UHGV virus genome: UHGV-1360036 | DNA length: 51,529 bases | From: a virus | Strand: one strand, 5' to 3' | Shown here: positions 26,745 to 36,064 of the stretch, one piece after another | Layout of the letters: each line of letters begins with the position of its first letter | Position numbering within the stretch: position 1 is the stretch's first letter | Translations under genes and position numbers: made by a program | The notes under the pieces: generated by a model | The model's input: the letters and a program-made list of their open reading frames with translations, nothing else | Told to the model about the DNA's origin: nothing | The model's database searches: none

Positions 26745-26975
26745 ATGGTAAATAAACAACCATCACAGAAAGACATAGAACAGGAAAGAATAAAAGGCGC
26801 AATAGATATTTTGTTAAAAAGGCATAATAATATTCCTTGTTTGAAATGGGAATGTAGGAATGGTAAGTGTTTAACATGCAAATATAAAGCCTGTGGAAGA
26901 GAATGCCAATTCTTTAGTTGTTTAGGTTGTAAATATGTTAGTGAATGTGTAGGAGAAATAACAAAAGTACAATAG
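26745..26975 (+). CDS. Cys-rich small protein, paralog B
   Basis: PCLKWECRNGKCLTCKYKACGRECQFFSCLGCKYVSEC. Same N-terminal helix plus PC-x-W-x-C pattern as 24164..24388. Confidence 0.55.
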   Translation: MVNKQPSQKDIEQERIKGAIDILLKRHNNIPCLKWECRNGKCLTCKYKACGRECQFFSCLGCKYVSECVGEITKVQ

Positions 26976-26990
26976 GGAGGTAAAACAAAC

Positions 26991-27509
26991 ATGGAACAGA
27001 ACATACTAAAAAGGTACAATGAAATCCATATAAAACTTTGGGAAGAAGTAGTAAAAGTGTTTGATGCTAGAACGGACAAAGGTTTTGAAGAATTTAAAAC
27101 AAACATAGAATTATTAGATGTTCTTTATCTATCAGACTTAAAAAGGCAGGCAGTATCAAATTTGTTTTCTAAAGGGTACATTACAGAAAGTGAACAGAGT
27201 CGTTTGTTAGCAAATGCAAATTGTAGCGCATGTTATATCGCACGGGAAATGTATTATGTAGCAGATTTAACTTGCTTTGGTAGTTTAGAAAAAGGCTCAT
27301 GCATGTGCTGTCCAATACCAGAATGGAGAGAACAAGGAAGATGTGATGATTATAGCGTTTTAAATGAGTGTATACACGAATTAAGGATGTACGTGATAAA
27401 ATGTATTAATGGCAAAAAAGAATTCAATCAACAGGTATATACAAGGCTTAGAATGGATATTAAGAGAAAGATGTATAATATATCAAGCTTAGAATGGGGA
27501 TATGAATAA
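26991..27509 (+). CDS. Cys-rich hypothetical protein
   Basis: CSACY...CFGSLEKGSCMCCPIPEW. Confidence 0.45.
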   Translation: MEQNILKRYNEIHIKLWEEVVKVFDARTDKGFEEFKTNIELLDVLYLSDLKRQAVSNLFSKGYITESEQSRLLANANCSACYIAREMYYVADLTCFGSLEKGSCMCCPIPEWREQGRCDDYSVLNECIHELRMYVIKCINGKKEFNQQVYTRLRMDIKRKMYNISSLEWGYE

Positions 27510-27669
27510 AATGAAGTATGAAGAATACAATATCACAGAAGCAGAAATAAATGATTTGAGAAAATACATGGCAGAATGTATTAAAAAGCTCAATAAAGTG
27601 GCACGTATAAATCTTAGAAATGCTATTTTAAGAAGATTATATTTTTTAGAATGGAGGTATGAAGAATAA

Positions 27670-27879
27670 ATGTTAAATGGAAAAGATAACTACAGTTATG
27701 TAATAGTACAAACAGAAACAAGATTCAAAGACTTGTTCGGAACAGCAGAACTCAATGAAGCAAGAAAGAATTACAGAAGTAAAAGTACACATAGACTTGG
27801 ATTAGGATATATCAAATACCTTGAAGCACTAACAAATCAAAAACTAAAAGAACAGGATGGCGAAACAGATGAAGATTGA
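27670..27879 (+). CDS. hypothetical protein
   Basis: 69-aa ORF. Confidence 0.4.
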   Translation: MLNGKDNYSYVIVQTETRFKDLFGTAELNEARKNYRSKSTHRLGLGYIKYLEALTNQKLKEQDGETDED

Positions 27880-28045
27880 AAAAGAATATAATGTACAGGG
27901 GCTTGCGGACAAAGTAAAAGGTTGTATTAAAACAGTATGTGAAACTAAATCAAGAAATGTGAGCCTTGATATTATAACAGCACAGGAAATTGTAGATGTT
28001 TTGGAAGTAGTAGCAAGTTGGGAAAAGGATAAAACAAATGAATAA
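27857..28045 (+). CDS. hypothetical protein
   Basis: 62-aa ORF. Confidence 0.35.
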   Translation: MAKQMKIEKEYNVQGLADKVKGCIKTVCETKSRNVSLDIITAQEIVDVLEVVASWEKDKTNE

Positions 28046-28697
28046 ACGTAGTACAAAGTGGTATAGAAAGAATGAAGCAGAGGTAATGCACAGGTTAGGT
28101 TTAAAACCTACAAAGAACAGTGGTGCTGGGTGGATAGAAAAATGTGATGGTGAAAATGAACATTTCCTTTGTGAATTAAAAAGTACAGACCATGAAAGTT
28201 TTAGTATTAAACAAAGTGTACTTCATGTATTAGAGCATCATGCTTTAGAAGCTCATAAAATACCTTTATTTGCCTTTCAATTCATTAACAGGGATGAAGT
28301 ATGGGTCGCAATAAAAGAAGAGGATATACAGGCATATAGGGAGCTTATAGAGCGTGATGTATTAAACAAATTAGAAGAAGAGGATGAACAATTCTTAAAA
28401 AAGTATAAAATATGCAAAAAGGATATTGACAACCAAAGTGAAGAAGAGTATTATAAGGGGGAGAAAGAAAGAGGGGGTTCTGAAGCTGATAGCTTCATGC
28501 CCAACACAGATAAGTTAAATAACTTAAATAATTCTAACTCAAACAGAAATAGTAATACAAAACAAAGTATTAATGTTATAGATGTTAATAAAGTAAAACA
28601 TAACATAAATGCAAGAAATAACTATTTCAAACAAAAAGAACAGGAAAGAAGAAAACAAGAACAGAAGTTTAGAACAGAAAGGAGAAAAACAAAATAG
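28038..28697 (+). CDS. PD-(D/E)XK nuclease-like (VRR-NUC-like) protein with Asn-rich low-complexity tail
   Basis: SGAGWIEKCDGENEHFLCELKSTDHESFSIKQ. Tail NNLNNSNSNRNSN. Confidence 0.4.
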   Translation: MNKRSTKWYRKNEAEVMHRLGLKPTKNSGAGWIEKCDGENEHFLCELKSTDHESFSIKQSVLHVLEHHALEAHKIPLFAFQFINRDEVWVAIKEEDIQAYRELIERDVLNKLEEEDEQFLKKYKICKKDIDNQSEEEYYKGEKERGGSEADSFMPNTDKLNNLNNSNSNRNSNTKQSINVIDVNKVKHNINARNNYFKQKEQERRKQEQKFRTERRKTK

Positions 28698-29083
28698 TGG
28701 AAAGAAAGTTACAACAAAAAGGAATAGCTACATTTGAGGGTTTAACTATTGGTAAAAACAAAACAGTACAAGTTAAGTTTAAACTCAGATATGATGAAAT
28801 CCTAACAAGTGTAGAACTATTACAAGGATTAAACAATGATATTACTCTACATGCAAAAGGAGCTACAAGTAGAGCAGTAAATCTAGGTATGTTTACTATT
28901 GGAGCAATTAACTTTGACAAAGATGGAAATGCAACAATTCCATTCAAGTCACTTGTGGAAAATGTAAACTTAGATAACATTTGTTCATTGGTTGATGAAG
29001 AGTATATCATGCTTAAGTTTATGGCAGTGTTAGAATTACCAGACAACGGAGAAGAGGGAGGTGGAGAAGAATGGGAAGACTAA
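28697..29083 (+). CDS. hypothetical protein with acidic Trp C-terminus (GEEGGGEEWED)
   Basis: 128-aa ORF. Confidence 0.45.
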   Translation: MERKLQQKGIATFEGLTIGKNKTVQVKFKLRYDEILTSVELLQGLNNDITLHAKGATSRAVNLGMFTIGAINFDKDGNATIPFKSLVENVNLDNICSLVDEEYIMLKFMAVLELPDNGEEGGGEEWED

Positions 29084-29388
29084 CATTTAGAGAACTTTCC
29101 TCAAAGCGTTTTAAGGACAGAAGAAATGTTGTGATTTCAGAAGCGTACAACAGTGAAACAAACAAAGTAGGCTACAGTGTAGCAGAACAGCTCGTAACAG
29201 AAGAGGATGGAAAAGAAACAAAGGTATTTCTTAAAGGCAGTTTAGGAATCCTTGATGAAGATGGTTTAATTGCATTGCTTGATTGTGTTTTAGAAGCGTG
29301 TGAAGCTGTTGGACTTGTAGAACACGGAGAAGAGTGGGAGTACGAAGCAGAAACGTGTCCATGTGAATGTTGTGAAGAAAATAAATAA
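29071..29388 (+). CDS. hypothetical acidic protein (EEWEYEAETCPCECCEENK C-terminus)
   Basis: 105-aa ORF. Confidence 0.45.
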   Translation: MGRLTFRELSSKRFKDRRNVVISEAYNSETNKVGYSVAEQLVTEEDGKETKVFLKGSLGILDEDGLIALLDCVLEACEAVGLVEHGEEWEYEAETCPCECCEENK

Positions 29389-29404
29389 ATTATTGTTTTT
29401 ATAT

Positions 29405-29433
29405 TGACAAAAACAAAAATATATGTTAATATT
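29405..29433 (+). promoter_or_regulatory. sigma-A-type promoter (TTGACA-17-TGtTAATAT)
   Basis: Hexamers at 29405-29410 and 29428-29433. Confidence 0.6.
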
Positions 29434-29498
29434 TAAGAGTAAACAAAAGAACAAAACAGATTCAGAAAACAAAGTGAAAGAGAAAAGGAGAAAGAAAA

Positions 29499-30191
29499 AT
29501 GGCAAAGAATTGGACAGCTTATGAAGCGGCAAAAGAAATTATTGAGGGAAAGAACAAAGAAAACATCTGTGAGATTGGTTCACGTTATCCAATGCTTACA
29601 AGAGAGGTAGCAGTTGCGGGGGATAAGATTCTTGTAATTCTTAAAGCACTTCCAAAGGTAACAGCAAGAGTTCTTGAAACAGGGCTTAAAGATGGTGTGG
29701 AAGTTGAAACAGAAGTAGAAGAAGAGACGAAAGAAGCTGAAACAGAAGTAGAGGATGATGAACTTGACTACACTGATATGACAGGTGCAAACCTTTACAA
29801 ACTCTGTTGTGCAAGAGGAATCTCTTCTAAGTGTAAATCAAGAAAGAAAGATGCATTGATTGAACTTCTTGAAAAGTTCGATAGAGGTGAACTTGACGAG
29901 GAAGAGCCTAAGAAAGAAACAAAGAAAGCTAAAGCAACATCTAAGAAACAGGCTAAGAAAGAAGAAGAGCCAGTTGATGAAGATGATGATTGGGATACAG
30001 AGGATGATGAAGAGAAAGACCCGTATGATGGTAAAACAGCAATGGAGCTTTTCAAAATGTGTAAAGAACGTGGCATCAAAGCAAAAACAAAGATGAAAGC
30101 AGATGCATATGTTAAACTTTTGAAAGCCGCTGATGCAGAGTCCGAAGCAGAAGAAGCAGAGGATGATGAAGATGACGATTGGGAAATCTAA
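29499..30191 (+). CDS. acidic protein with two Rho_N-like (helix-extension-helix) motifs and SSB-tail-like C-terminus
   Basis: NLYKLCCARGISSKCKSRKKDALIELLEK and ELFKMCKERGIKAKTKMKADAYVKLLKA. DDDWDTEDDE. C-terminus DDEDDDWEI. Confidence 0.55.
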   Translation: MAKNWTAYEAAKEIIEGKNKENICEIGSRYPMLTREVAVAGDKILVILKALPKVTARVLETGLKDGVEVETEVEEETKEAETEVEDDELDYTDMTGANLYKLCCARGISSKCKSRKKDALIELLEKFDRGELDEEEPKKETKKAKATSKKQAKKEEEPVDEDDDWDTEDDEEKDPYDGKTAMELFKMCKERGIKAKTKMKADAYVKLLKAADAESEAEEAEDDEDDDWEI

Positions 30192-30288
30192 AACAAACAA
30201 ATAAAATAAACGTTGCATAGATGTTGATAATAGGCAGGAGGTAGGAAGTATTCTATTTCTTGCCTATTTTAATTAAGGGGAACAAAAC

Positions 30289-30684
30289 ATGAAAACAGAA
30301 GAGATTTTAAACCTAGATTGTACAAAACAGGAGAACATAAAAACATTAAACAATTTTCTTTGGAAAGTAAAACCAGTTGCAAAGATGCTTGAAAAACAAA
30401 ACTATACAAAAACAGAGATTGCGCCACTTGAAATATTAGAAAAAGCAATGCAAGGAATTTGCATCAGATATAACTACAGAACACAGAGCTTTATGCCATA
30501 TTATGAACAGCTTAATGAAGCAAGAAAGTTTGTATTCTATTCATGTTGTTGCATAAAGGTAAGAGAAAAGCATGATTGGATTGGAACAGTATATGGTAAA
30601 ACATTGTGGGAGTTAGTTGCAAAGATTATTGTGAAATTATATGCAGACATTAAAGCAGATGCAAAGAAAGGAACAAATGAATGA
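30289..30684 (+). CDS. hypothetical protein
   Basis: 131-aa ORF with RBS. Confidence 0.5.
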   Translation: MKTEEILNLDCTKQENIKTLNNFLWKVKPVAKMLEKQNYTKTEIAPLEILEKAMQGICIRYNYRTQSFMPYYEQLNEARKFVFYSCCCIKVREKHDWIGTVYGKTLWELVAKIIVKLYADIKADAKKGTNE

Positions 30685-31148
30685 AAGAATTGATATTTTA
30701 TACAGATGGTGCTTGTAGTGGAAACCCCGGTATAGGTGGATGGAGCTATGTTGAACTTGTAAAATGTGACAGCGGATTCAAAACAAGTGTAACAAAAGGG
30801 AACAAACGAAACACAACAAACAATGAAATGGAATTAACAGCTGTATATATGGCATTAGTAAAAGCCTTTAAGAGTAAAGCAAAAAAGGTGACAGTATATT
30901 GTGATAGTGCGTATGTTGTGAATGCTATAATAAAAGGGTGGCTTTTAAACTGGTATAAGAATGGATGGAAAACAAAAGAGGACAAGCCGATTAAAAATAA
31001 GCAGATATGGGAAAAGATGTTCAAGCTTGTGTATGAAAAGAAAATGGTGATAAACATGGTACACATAAAAGGACATAATGGAGACCCACTAAATGAGCTT
31101 GCAGATAGAAGTGCAGTAGAAGCAAAGCAAGAGTTATCGGAGGATTAA
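30681..31148 (+). CDS. rnhA: ribonuclease H (RNase HI)
   Basis: IFYTDGACSGNPGIGGW...NNEMELTAVYMAL...YCDSAYVVN...HIKGHNGDPLNELADRSA. Confidence 0.8.
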   Translation: MKELIFYTDGACSGNPGIGGWSYVELVKCDSGFKTSVTKGNKRNTTNNEMELTAVYMALVKAFKSKAKKVTVYCDSAYVVNAIIKGWLLNWYKNGWKTKEDKPIKNKQIWEKMFKLVYEKKMVINMVHIKGHNGDPLNELADRSAVEAKQELSED

Positions 31149-31152
31149 AGCC

Positions 31153-31533
31153 ATGTTAATAGCAGAAAAGATTATAAGTAAAGAGTTCAAAGCTAAAACA
31201 ATGAAACAGGCATACCTTGAATGTTGTAAATGGATATCAACAAACATTGTAGCAAAGAATAATTCAAAAAACATAAGCTACAATATAAAGAAAAATGAAA
31301 GTAGTGGAATTGGTTGTGTAGAATTAGAAGTATATGTTATGGCAGATGAAAAAGAAGTGTTTGAACATAACTGTGAAATATGCAAAGAGTTTGCCGGTGC
31401 GTTTTTTAACAAAGAAAACAAATACAGATGTGAGGTGTGCAAAACTCCACCATATAGAAAAAGGCTTGAAACAAAACTTGAAACATTAAAAACAGGGATG
31501 GGTGATTTTATGAAAGGATTAAAGAAACTATGA
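31153..31533 (+). CDS. hypothetical zinc-ribbon protein
   Basis: CEICKEF...CEVCK. Confidence 0.45.
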   Translation: MLIAEKIISKEFKAKTMKQAYLECCKWISTNIVAKNNSKNISYNIKKNESSGIGCVELEVYVMADEKEVFEHNCEICKEFAGAFFNKENKYRCEVCKTPPYRKRLETKLETLKTGMGDFMKGLKKL

Positions 31534-31904
31534 ACAAACTATTTGAAGCAGTAGCAAGCTCCACAAAGGAAACTATTATACAAGCTCGTAATTGGCTTGT
31601 AGGACACTTTGAAGAGCTTACATGTATTATTTATATCTTACTCCCATATGTGCTGATAAAGAGCAATATAGGGGCATTAGAAAGTATTGTAGTAACATTG
31701 GTTGTAGTATTCATATTAAACTTTATAACAAAAGTAAAGCGAAAACTAAAGAATGAAACAAAAGACGGATTCCCGGTATCAGAATACAGGTATACAGTAA
31801 AAGATACAGATGGAATTGTCAGCATAAGGGAACAGGATACACAGGAAGCAATATTATATTTATGTGATGTAGAGGATTACTTAAGGAGAAAAGGGTTGAT
31901 ATGA
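31530..31904 (+). CDS. membrane protein, unknown function
   Basis: Two hydrophobic helices (IIYILLPYVLI and IVVTLVVVFILNFI). Confidence 0.45.
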   Translation: MNKLFEAVASSTKETIIQARNWLVGHFEELTCIIYILLPYVLIKSNIGALESIVVTLVVVFILNFITKVKRKLKNETKDGFPVSEYRYTVKDTDGIVSIREQDTQEAILYLCDVEDYLRRKGLI

Positions 31905-32101
31905 TGTTACATAGTCCATGTAAGGATTGCAAAGAAAGAATATTACATTGCCATGAAACGTGTACCAAGTATTTAGAATACTATGAAGCAAATGAAAAGG
32001 TGAAAGCAGAAAGGATAAAAGCCAAGAAAGAAAGAGATTTACTTTTTAGGCAAAACAAACAAAGGAAACACAAATAAAAGCAAAATAAATTAAATTTTAC
32101 A

Positions 32102-32130
32102 TTGACAAATAGATAGTAACATGCTATAAT
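32102..32130 (+). promoter_or_regulatory. sigma-A-type promoter (TTGACA-17-TGcTATAAT)
   Basis: Hexamers at 32102-32107 and 32125-32130. Heads a ~350-nt non-coding leader before TerS. Confidence 0.6.
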
Positions 32131-32426
32131 AAAATGGAACTAAGGAAATGTTTTAGGATAGAAACATATAAGTAACAGCCATAAATGTTAGCCAAAATAT
32201 AAAAGGATAAAAACAGTGGATGTATAAAACAAAAAATAAAAAGCCATGTTTGTACTTATAAAATAATTTCGTTCGTATACATAAACCTCGTATACTTGAT
32301 TAGTTTTATATGTTTACTGTTTTTATATAAAAGAAATATTGGTGAGGGAGAAGCAAAACAAAGCGAACTTCCTTGCCTTATTTGATATTATGGAACAAAA
32401 AGTAAAAGGAGTGTGAACAGAAACAA

Positions 32427-32951
32427 ATGGCAACAAATAAGAAGTCTCCAAAAGTATTGCGTAATGGAGTAGAAAACTTAATTCCAATGAATGAGAGAAC
32501 ACCGGAAGAAAGAAAAAGGATTGGACAGTTAGGTGTTGAAGCAAGAAAAAAGAAACGTGAAGAAAAAATGGCATTACAGCAAGCTATGAAAGCGTTACTA
32601 ACAATGGATATAACAACACAAAAACAAAAACAAGTTTTAATGCATATGGGTTTCAAAAGTGGCGAATTAACAAACCAAAATTTATTAATGGTAGCATTAT
32701 TCAAAAAAGGTTTGACCGGTGATGTAGCGGCAATTAAAGAAATTGTAAACATGATGGATAAGTTAGATATGTTCAAACAAACAGGCAAAGTACAGAATGA
32801 AGTAACAATCAACCTAATAACACAGGGTGATGTATATGAACCAAACAAACAGGATGATGAAGAAATATGGAATGTAGAAAATGGAACAGACTGGCTTGAA
32901 GAAGAAAGCGAAGAGGAAGAATGGGGCAACGATGTATATGACGGTGAATAA
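32427..32951 (+). CDS. terminase small subunit
   Basis: NLIPMNERTPEERKRIGQLGVEARKKKREEKMAL matches the NLKPF...EEAREKGRKGGxASGEARRKKR pattern of Gram-positive phage TerS. Acidic C-terminus. Confidence 0.55.
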   Translation: MATNKKSPKVLRNGVENLIPMNERTPEERKRIGQLGVEARKKKREEKMALQQAMKALLTMDITTQKQKQVLMHMGFKSGELTNQNLLMVALFKKGLTGDVAAIKEIVNMMDKLDMFKQTGKVQNEVTINLITQGDVYEPNKQDDEEIWNVENGTDWLEEESEEEEWGNDVYDGE

Positions 32952-33038
32952 GCCTATACAAGCGTTTTAAATCATTAACCCTATAAAGTATAAGCAAAAT
33001 AAATAAAACAGCTAGAAAAGGCAGATAGGAGGGCTAGA

Positions 33039-33314
33039 ATGGGTATTGCTGAAAAAACATATAGTAAAGCAAAAGAAGAATTAGAACAAATGCAAAACCT
33101 AAGCACAGATATAGAAGATGAAAAACAAAGTAAGTACCTAGTAATATATACAAAGCTAGATGATTTCGGAAAAGAAACAGAACAAATAAATACAACATTA
33201 TGCTATGCACAAAACATACAGGAAGCAAAACACAAAGCAGTATTACTATTATCATTAAAAAACTGTAAAGTTAAAAGCGTAAAATATATGGGTAAGCTAC
33301 TAAGTTATATGTAA
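33039..33314 (+). CDS. hypothetical protein
   Basis: 91-aa ORF. Confidence 0.4.
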   Translation: MGIAEKTYSKAKEELEQMQNLSTDIEDEKQSKYLVIYTKLDDFGKETEQINTTLCYAQNIQEAKHKAVLLLSLKNCKVKSVKYMGKLLSYM

Positions 33315-33453
33315 GTAAAACAAACAGAACACCATGTGAATAATAAAAAGCTATATAGTAAAACATAGAACAAACGCATAACAAAACAAAGGCAAGCATA
33401 ACAAAGAAGTATAGAACATATATATAATAAAACAATAGAAAGGATGGAAGAAC

Positions 33454-34077
33454 ATGGAAGAACTAAACATAGTTTATAAACCAATAAAAGAACTAAAACC
33501 ATATAAGAAGAACGCAAAGAAACATAGTAAAGAACAAGTAGAACAAATAGCAAACAGCATTAAAGAGTTTGGTTTTACACAGCCAGTAATAATAGACAAA
33601 CATAATAGTGTAGTAGCTGGACATGGTAGAATATTAGGAGCAAAGAAAGCAGGATTAAAACAAGTACCTACAGTTTGTTTGGAAGATTTAACAGAAGAAC
33701 AAATAAAAGCATACAGGTTAGTAGATAACAAACTAAATGAGAGTGAATGGGATACAGATTTATTACAGCAGAGCTTAGACGAAATAGCAGAAATGGATAT
33801 GGAAGTGTTTGGTTTTGCAATGGATTCATTAGTAGATGAAGAGTTAGAGATAGAACCAGAAGTACCATTTACAGAAATATTGAATGAAGAAAATAATTAC
33901 ATTGTTTTAAAGTTCGATAATAAAGTAGATTGGATAAATGCACTTGGAGTGTTAGGTATTGAAAAGGTAAAAGCATTCCCTACTAAGAAAAATGGAAACA
34001 AAAAAACATTTGGAGAAAGAGCGGGAGTTGGAAGAGTAATAGATGGTGTTAAGGCATTGGAGAAGATGAAAGAATGA
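33454..34077 (+). CDS. ParB-like nuclease domain protein
   Basis: PIKELKPY...QPVIIDKHNSVVAGHGRILGAKKAGLKQVP matches the ParB N-terminal domain. Confidence 0.7.
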   Translation: MEELNIVYKPIKELKPYKKNAKKHSKEQVEQIANSIKEFGFTQPVIIDKHNSVVAGHGRILGAKKAGLKQVPTVCLEDLTEEQIKAYRLVDNKLNESEWDTDLLQQSLDEIAEMDMEVFGFAMDSLVDEELEIEPEVPFTEILNEENNYIVLKFDNKVDWINALGVLGIEKVKAFPTKKNGNKKTFGERAGVGRVIDGVKALEKMKE

Positions 34078-34883
34078 GATATAAGGATAAAGAAATTGTT
34101 ATAGTATGTCCATCATATAAAAGACCTGTTGTTGAAACATTAAAATATATTCCTTTCTGTAAAGTGTATGTTTCACCAGAAGAATATAAAACATATTTAG
34201 AGTTTAACCCAAAACATAGAGAAAACATTGTTAAGTGTAAGAAAGGTGTACAAGGGAATCTATGTAGAGTGAGAAATTATATCCTTGATGAAGAATTTAA
34301 TAATGGTGCAGATATAGTCCTTATTATAGATGATGATTTATGGTGTATAGAGCATTTTGAAATGTCAGAGGATAAAAGTTATGCGTATGAAAAAGTAAAG
34401 CTGAAATCAGCGGACATATTAGGTTTTGTATATCGTTATTCATTGTTATGTGAAGAGTGGGGTTTTAAGTTTTGGGGAATAAATTGTAACAGTGATACAA
34501 TGAGCTATAGGCAGTATTCACCATTCAGTACTACAAGTTATATAGGTGGTCCATTTCAGTGTTTTATAAAAGGCAATGAGTTAAGATATGATGAAATGCT
34601 ACCTTTGAAAGAAGATTATGATATGACGTTGCAGAACATGAATAAGTATCGTGGAGCATTGAGAGTTAACAAATATCATTATGTTTGTAGGCAATCAGAA
34701 CAAAAAGGTGGATGTGCAATTTATAGAAACATGGAAAAGGAAAAAGAACAATTTGAAATGTTACAAAAGAAATGGGGAAGTAATATAGTGAGGTTGGATA
34801 CATCAAACAAAGGAAGAAGTAAGAAGAACAGGAAATATATTGATTATAACCCAATCATAAAAATACCAATAAAAGGAATTTAA
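34074..34883 (+). CDS. putative nucleotide-sugar glycosyltransferase (GT-A-like, DxD)
   Basis: IVIVCPSYKRP resembles the GT2 N-terminal strand. ADIVLIIDDD is a DxD-like motif. Weak call. Confidence 0.35.
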   Translation: MRYKDKEIVIVCPSYKRPVVETLKYIPFCKVYVSPEEYKTYLEFNPKHRENIVKCKKGVQGNLCRVRNYILDEEFNNGADIVLIIDDDLWCIEHFEMSEDKSYAYEKVKLKSADILGFVYRYSLLCEEWGFKFWGINCNSDTMSYRQYSPFSTTSYIGGPFQCFIKGNELRYDEMLPLKEDYDMTLQNMNKYRGALRVNKYHYVCRQSEQKGGCAIYRNMEKEKEQFEMLQKKWGSNIVRLDTSNKGRSKKNRKYIDYNPIIKIPIKGI

Positions 34884-34910
34884 GCACTCATTTAAGGGTG
34901 CTTATTTTAT
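34883..34910 (+). terminator. rho-independent terminator
   Basis: AGCAC-tcatttaagg-GTGCT followed by TATTTTATT. Confidence 0.55.
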
Positions 34911-34950
34911 TATATAAATATATAAATATAAAATATTATATAAAAACATA

Positions 34951-34979
34951 TTGACATTTACATATTGTTATGTTATTAT
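34951..34979 (+). promoter_or_regulatory. sigma-A-type promoter (TTGACA-17-TGtTATTAT) with conserved CAAGTTAAGAGA leader
   Basis: Hexamers at 34951-34956 and 34974-34979. Confidence 0.6.
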
Positions 34980-35032
34980 ATAAACAAGTTAAGAGAGATA
35001 AAACAAATAAAACAAAACAGGAGAGTAAGCAA

Positions 35033-35236
35033 ATGACAAAAAATAATAAAGTATTTGAATTAACACAGGAAGAATTAGGTGTAATCGCAACATACATGAA
35101 TGATGATATTAGAGAAGATGTTGCTTTTGATTTAGATTCATGTACACCGGAAGAGTTCTTAAAAGAGTATGTTAGCAGAGATGATGATTTCGAAGAGTTG
35201 TTGAGAACGGAATTTAGAATAGAATTAAGTGTTTAA
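35033..35236 (+). CDS. hypothetical small protein
   Basis: RBS GGAGAG then ATG 35033. The longer ORF-track start (34970) lies inside the promoter. Confidence 0.45.
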   Translation: MTKNNKVFELTQEELGVIATYMNDDIREDVAFDLDSCTPEEFLKEYVSRDDDFEELLRTEFRIELSV

Positions 35237-35254
35237 AGTAAGGAGAGAAAACAA

Positions 35255-35599
35255 ATGAAAACATACAGAATCAAAACAGAGACAAACGGAGAAAAAGTAA
35301 AGTATTATTTAAGAGCAGAGAGCAAGTATGACGCATACAGACAAGCGTATGAAAGAGAATTACAGTGTTGTGAGTCTATGGGAGTAGAATATAAGGGGAA
35401 TTTCATAGAAGTCACAAAAGCAACAAAAGAAGAAAAGTATGTACAAGATTTAAAGAACATAAAGAGAAACATATCGGATGGTAGAACAGAAAGAGAAAAG
35501 GATGCGATTGATGGGTTCGCTCATTTAGTAATAAGTTTAATGAAAAAGAATTATGAATTTGAGAAAAAAGTTATTGACAATCATGGTCAATTATGTTAA
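35255..35599 (+). CDS. hypothetical protein
   Basis: RBS AAGGAGAG. Confidence 0.5.
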   Translation: MKTYRIKTETNGEKVKYYLRAESKYDAYRQAYERELQCCESMGVEYKGNFIEVTKATKEEKYVQDLKNIKRNISDGRTEREKDAIDGFAHLVISLMKKNYEFEKKVIDNHGQLC

Positions 35600-35602
35600 T
35601 AT
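35574..35602 (+). promoter_or_regulatory. sigma-A-type promoter (TTGACA-17-TGtTAATAT)
   Basis: Lies within the 3' end of the preceding ORF. Confidence 0.5.
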
Positions 35603-35653
35603 ATAATCAGAAACAAGGAGAACAGTAAAAGATAACAAATAAGGAGAACAGAA

Positions 35654-35869
35654 ATGGAAAAAAGAAAATTTGAAGTAGGAAAAACATATACAGAAAATGA
35701 CGTGTTAGTATTTGAAGTTGTAAAAAGAACGGCAAAGTTTTTAACATATGTTGAAATTCAGAAGTATGGAAAATACAATGAAACAAGAGAAGAACCAAAA
35801 AGAACAAAAATTCATGATTGGGATACAAGAGAAGTGTTCTTCGCAAGTGGTTGTTTATTAGAAGCATAG
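35654..35869 (+). CDS. hypothetical protein
   Basis: RBS AAGGAGAA. Confidence 0.5.
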   Translation: MEKRKFEVGKTYTENDVLVFEVVKRTAKFLTYVEIQKYGKYNETREEPKRTKIHDWDTREVFFASGCLLEA

Positions 35870-35992
35870 GACAATATGACAGGTGTTAAAGTCATTAAAA
35901 CACAGGCATGATACAAAGAGGTGTCTTGATTTATTGTAGTTCGTAGGCTGTGAACTCTCCCATCATATAAAATAAATTCACAGTCTACACAT

Positions 35993-36064
35993 TGCCTAGT
36001 CGCCAAACGGTAAGGCGGAGGACTTTGACTCCTTAATGTGTTGGTTCGAGTCCAACCTAGGCAG
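35993..36064 (+). tRNA. tRNA-Gln (anticodon UUG)
   Basis: Hand-folded cloverleaf. Acceptor TGCCTAG/CTAGGCA, D arm GCC/GGC, anticodon arm GAGGA-CTTTGAC-TCCTT, T arm GTTGG-TTCGAGT-CCAAC. Confidence 0.7.

Noticed and set aside
29860-30096. Lys/Arg-rich + strand ORF inside 29499..30191
   Set aside because: Alternative-frame reading of GAA/GAT-rich acidic coding sequence. The in-frame acidic protein has an RBS and conserved motifs.
35870-35992. Possible third tRNA or ncRNA upstream of tRNA-Gln
   Set aside because: Could not fold a canonical cloverleaf by hand. TTCGTAG is present but has no complementary T stem. Left as structured leader.
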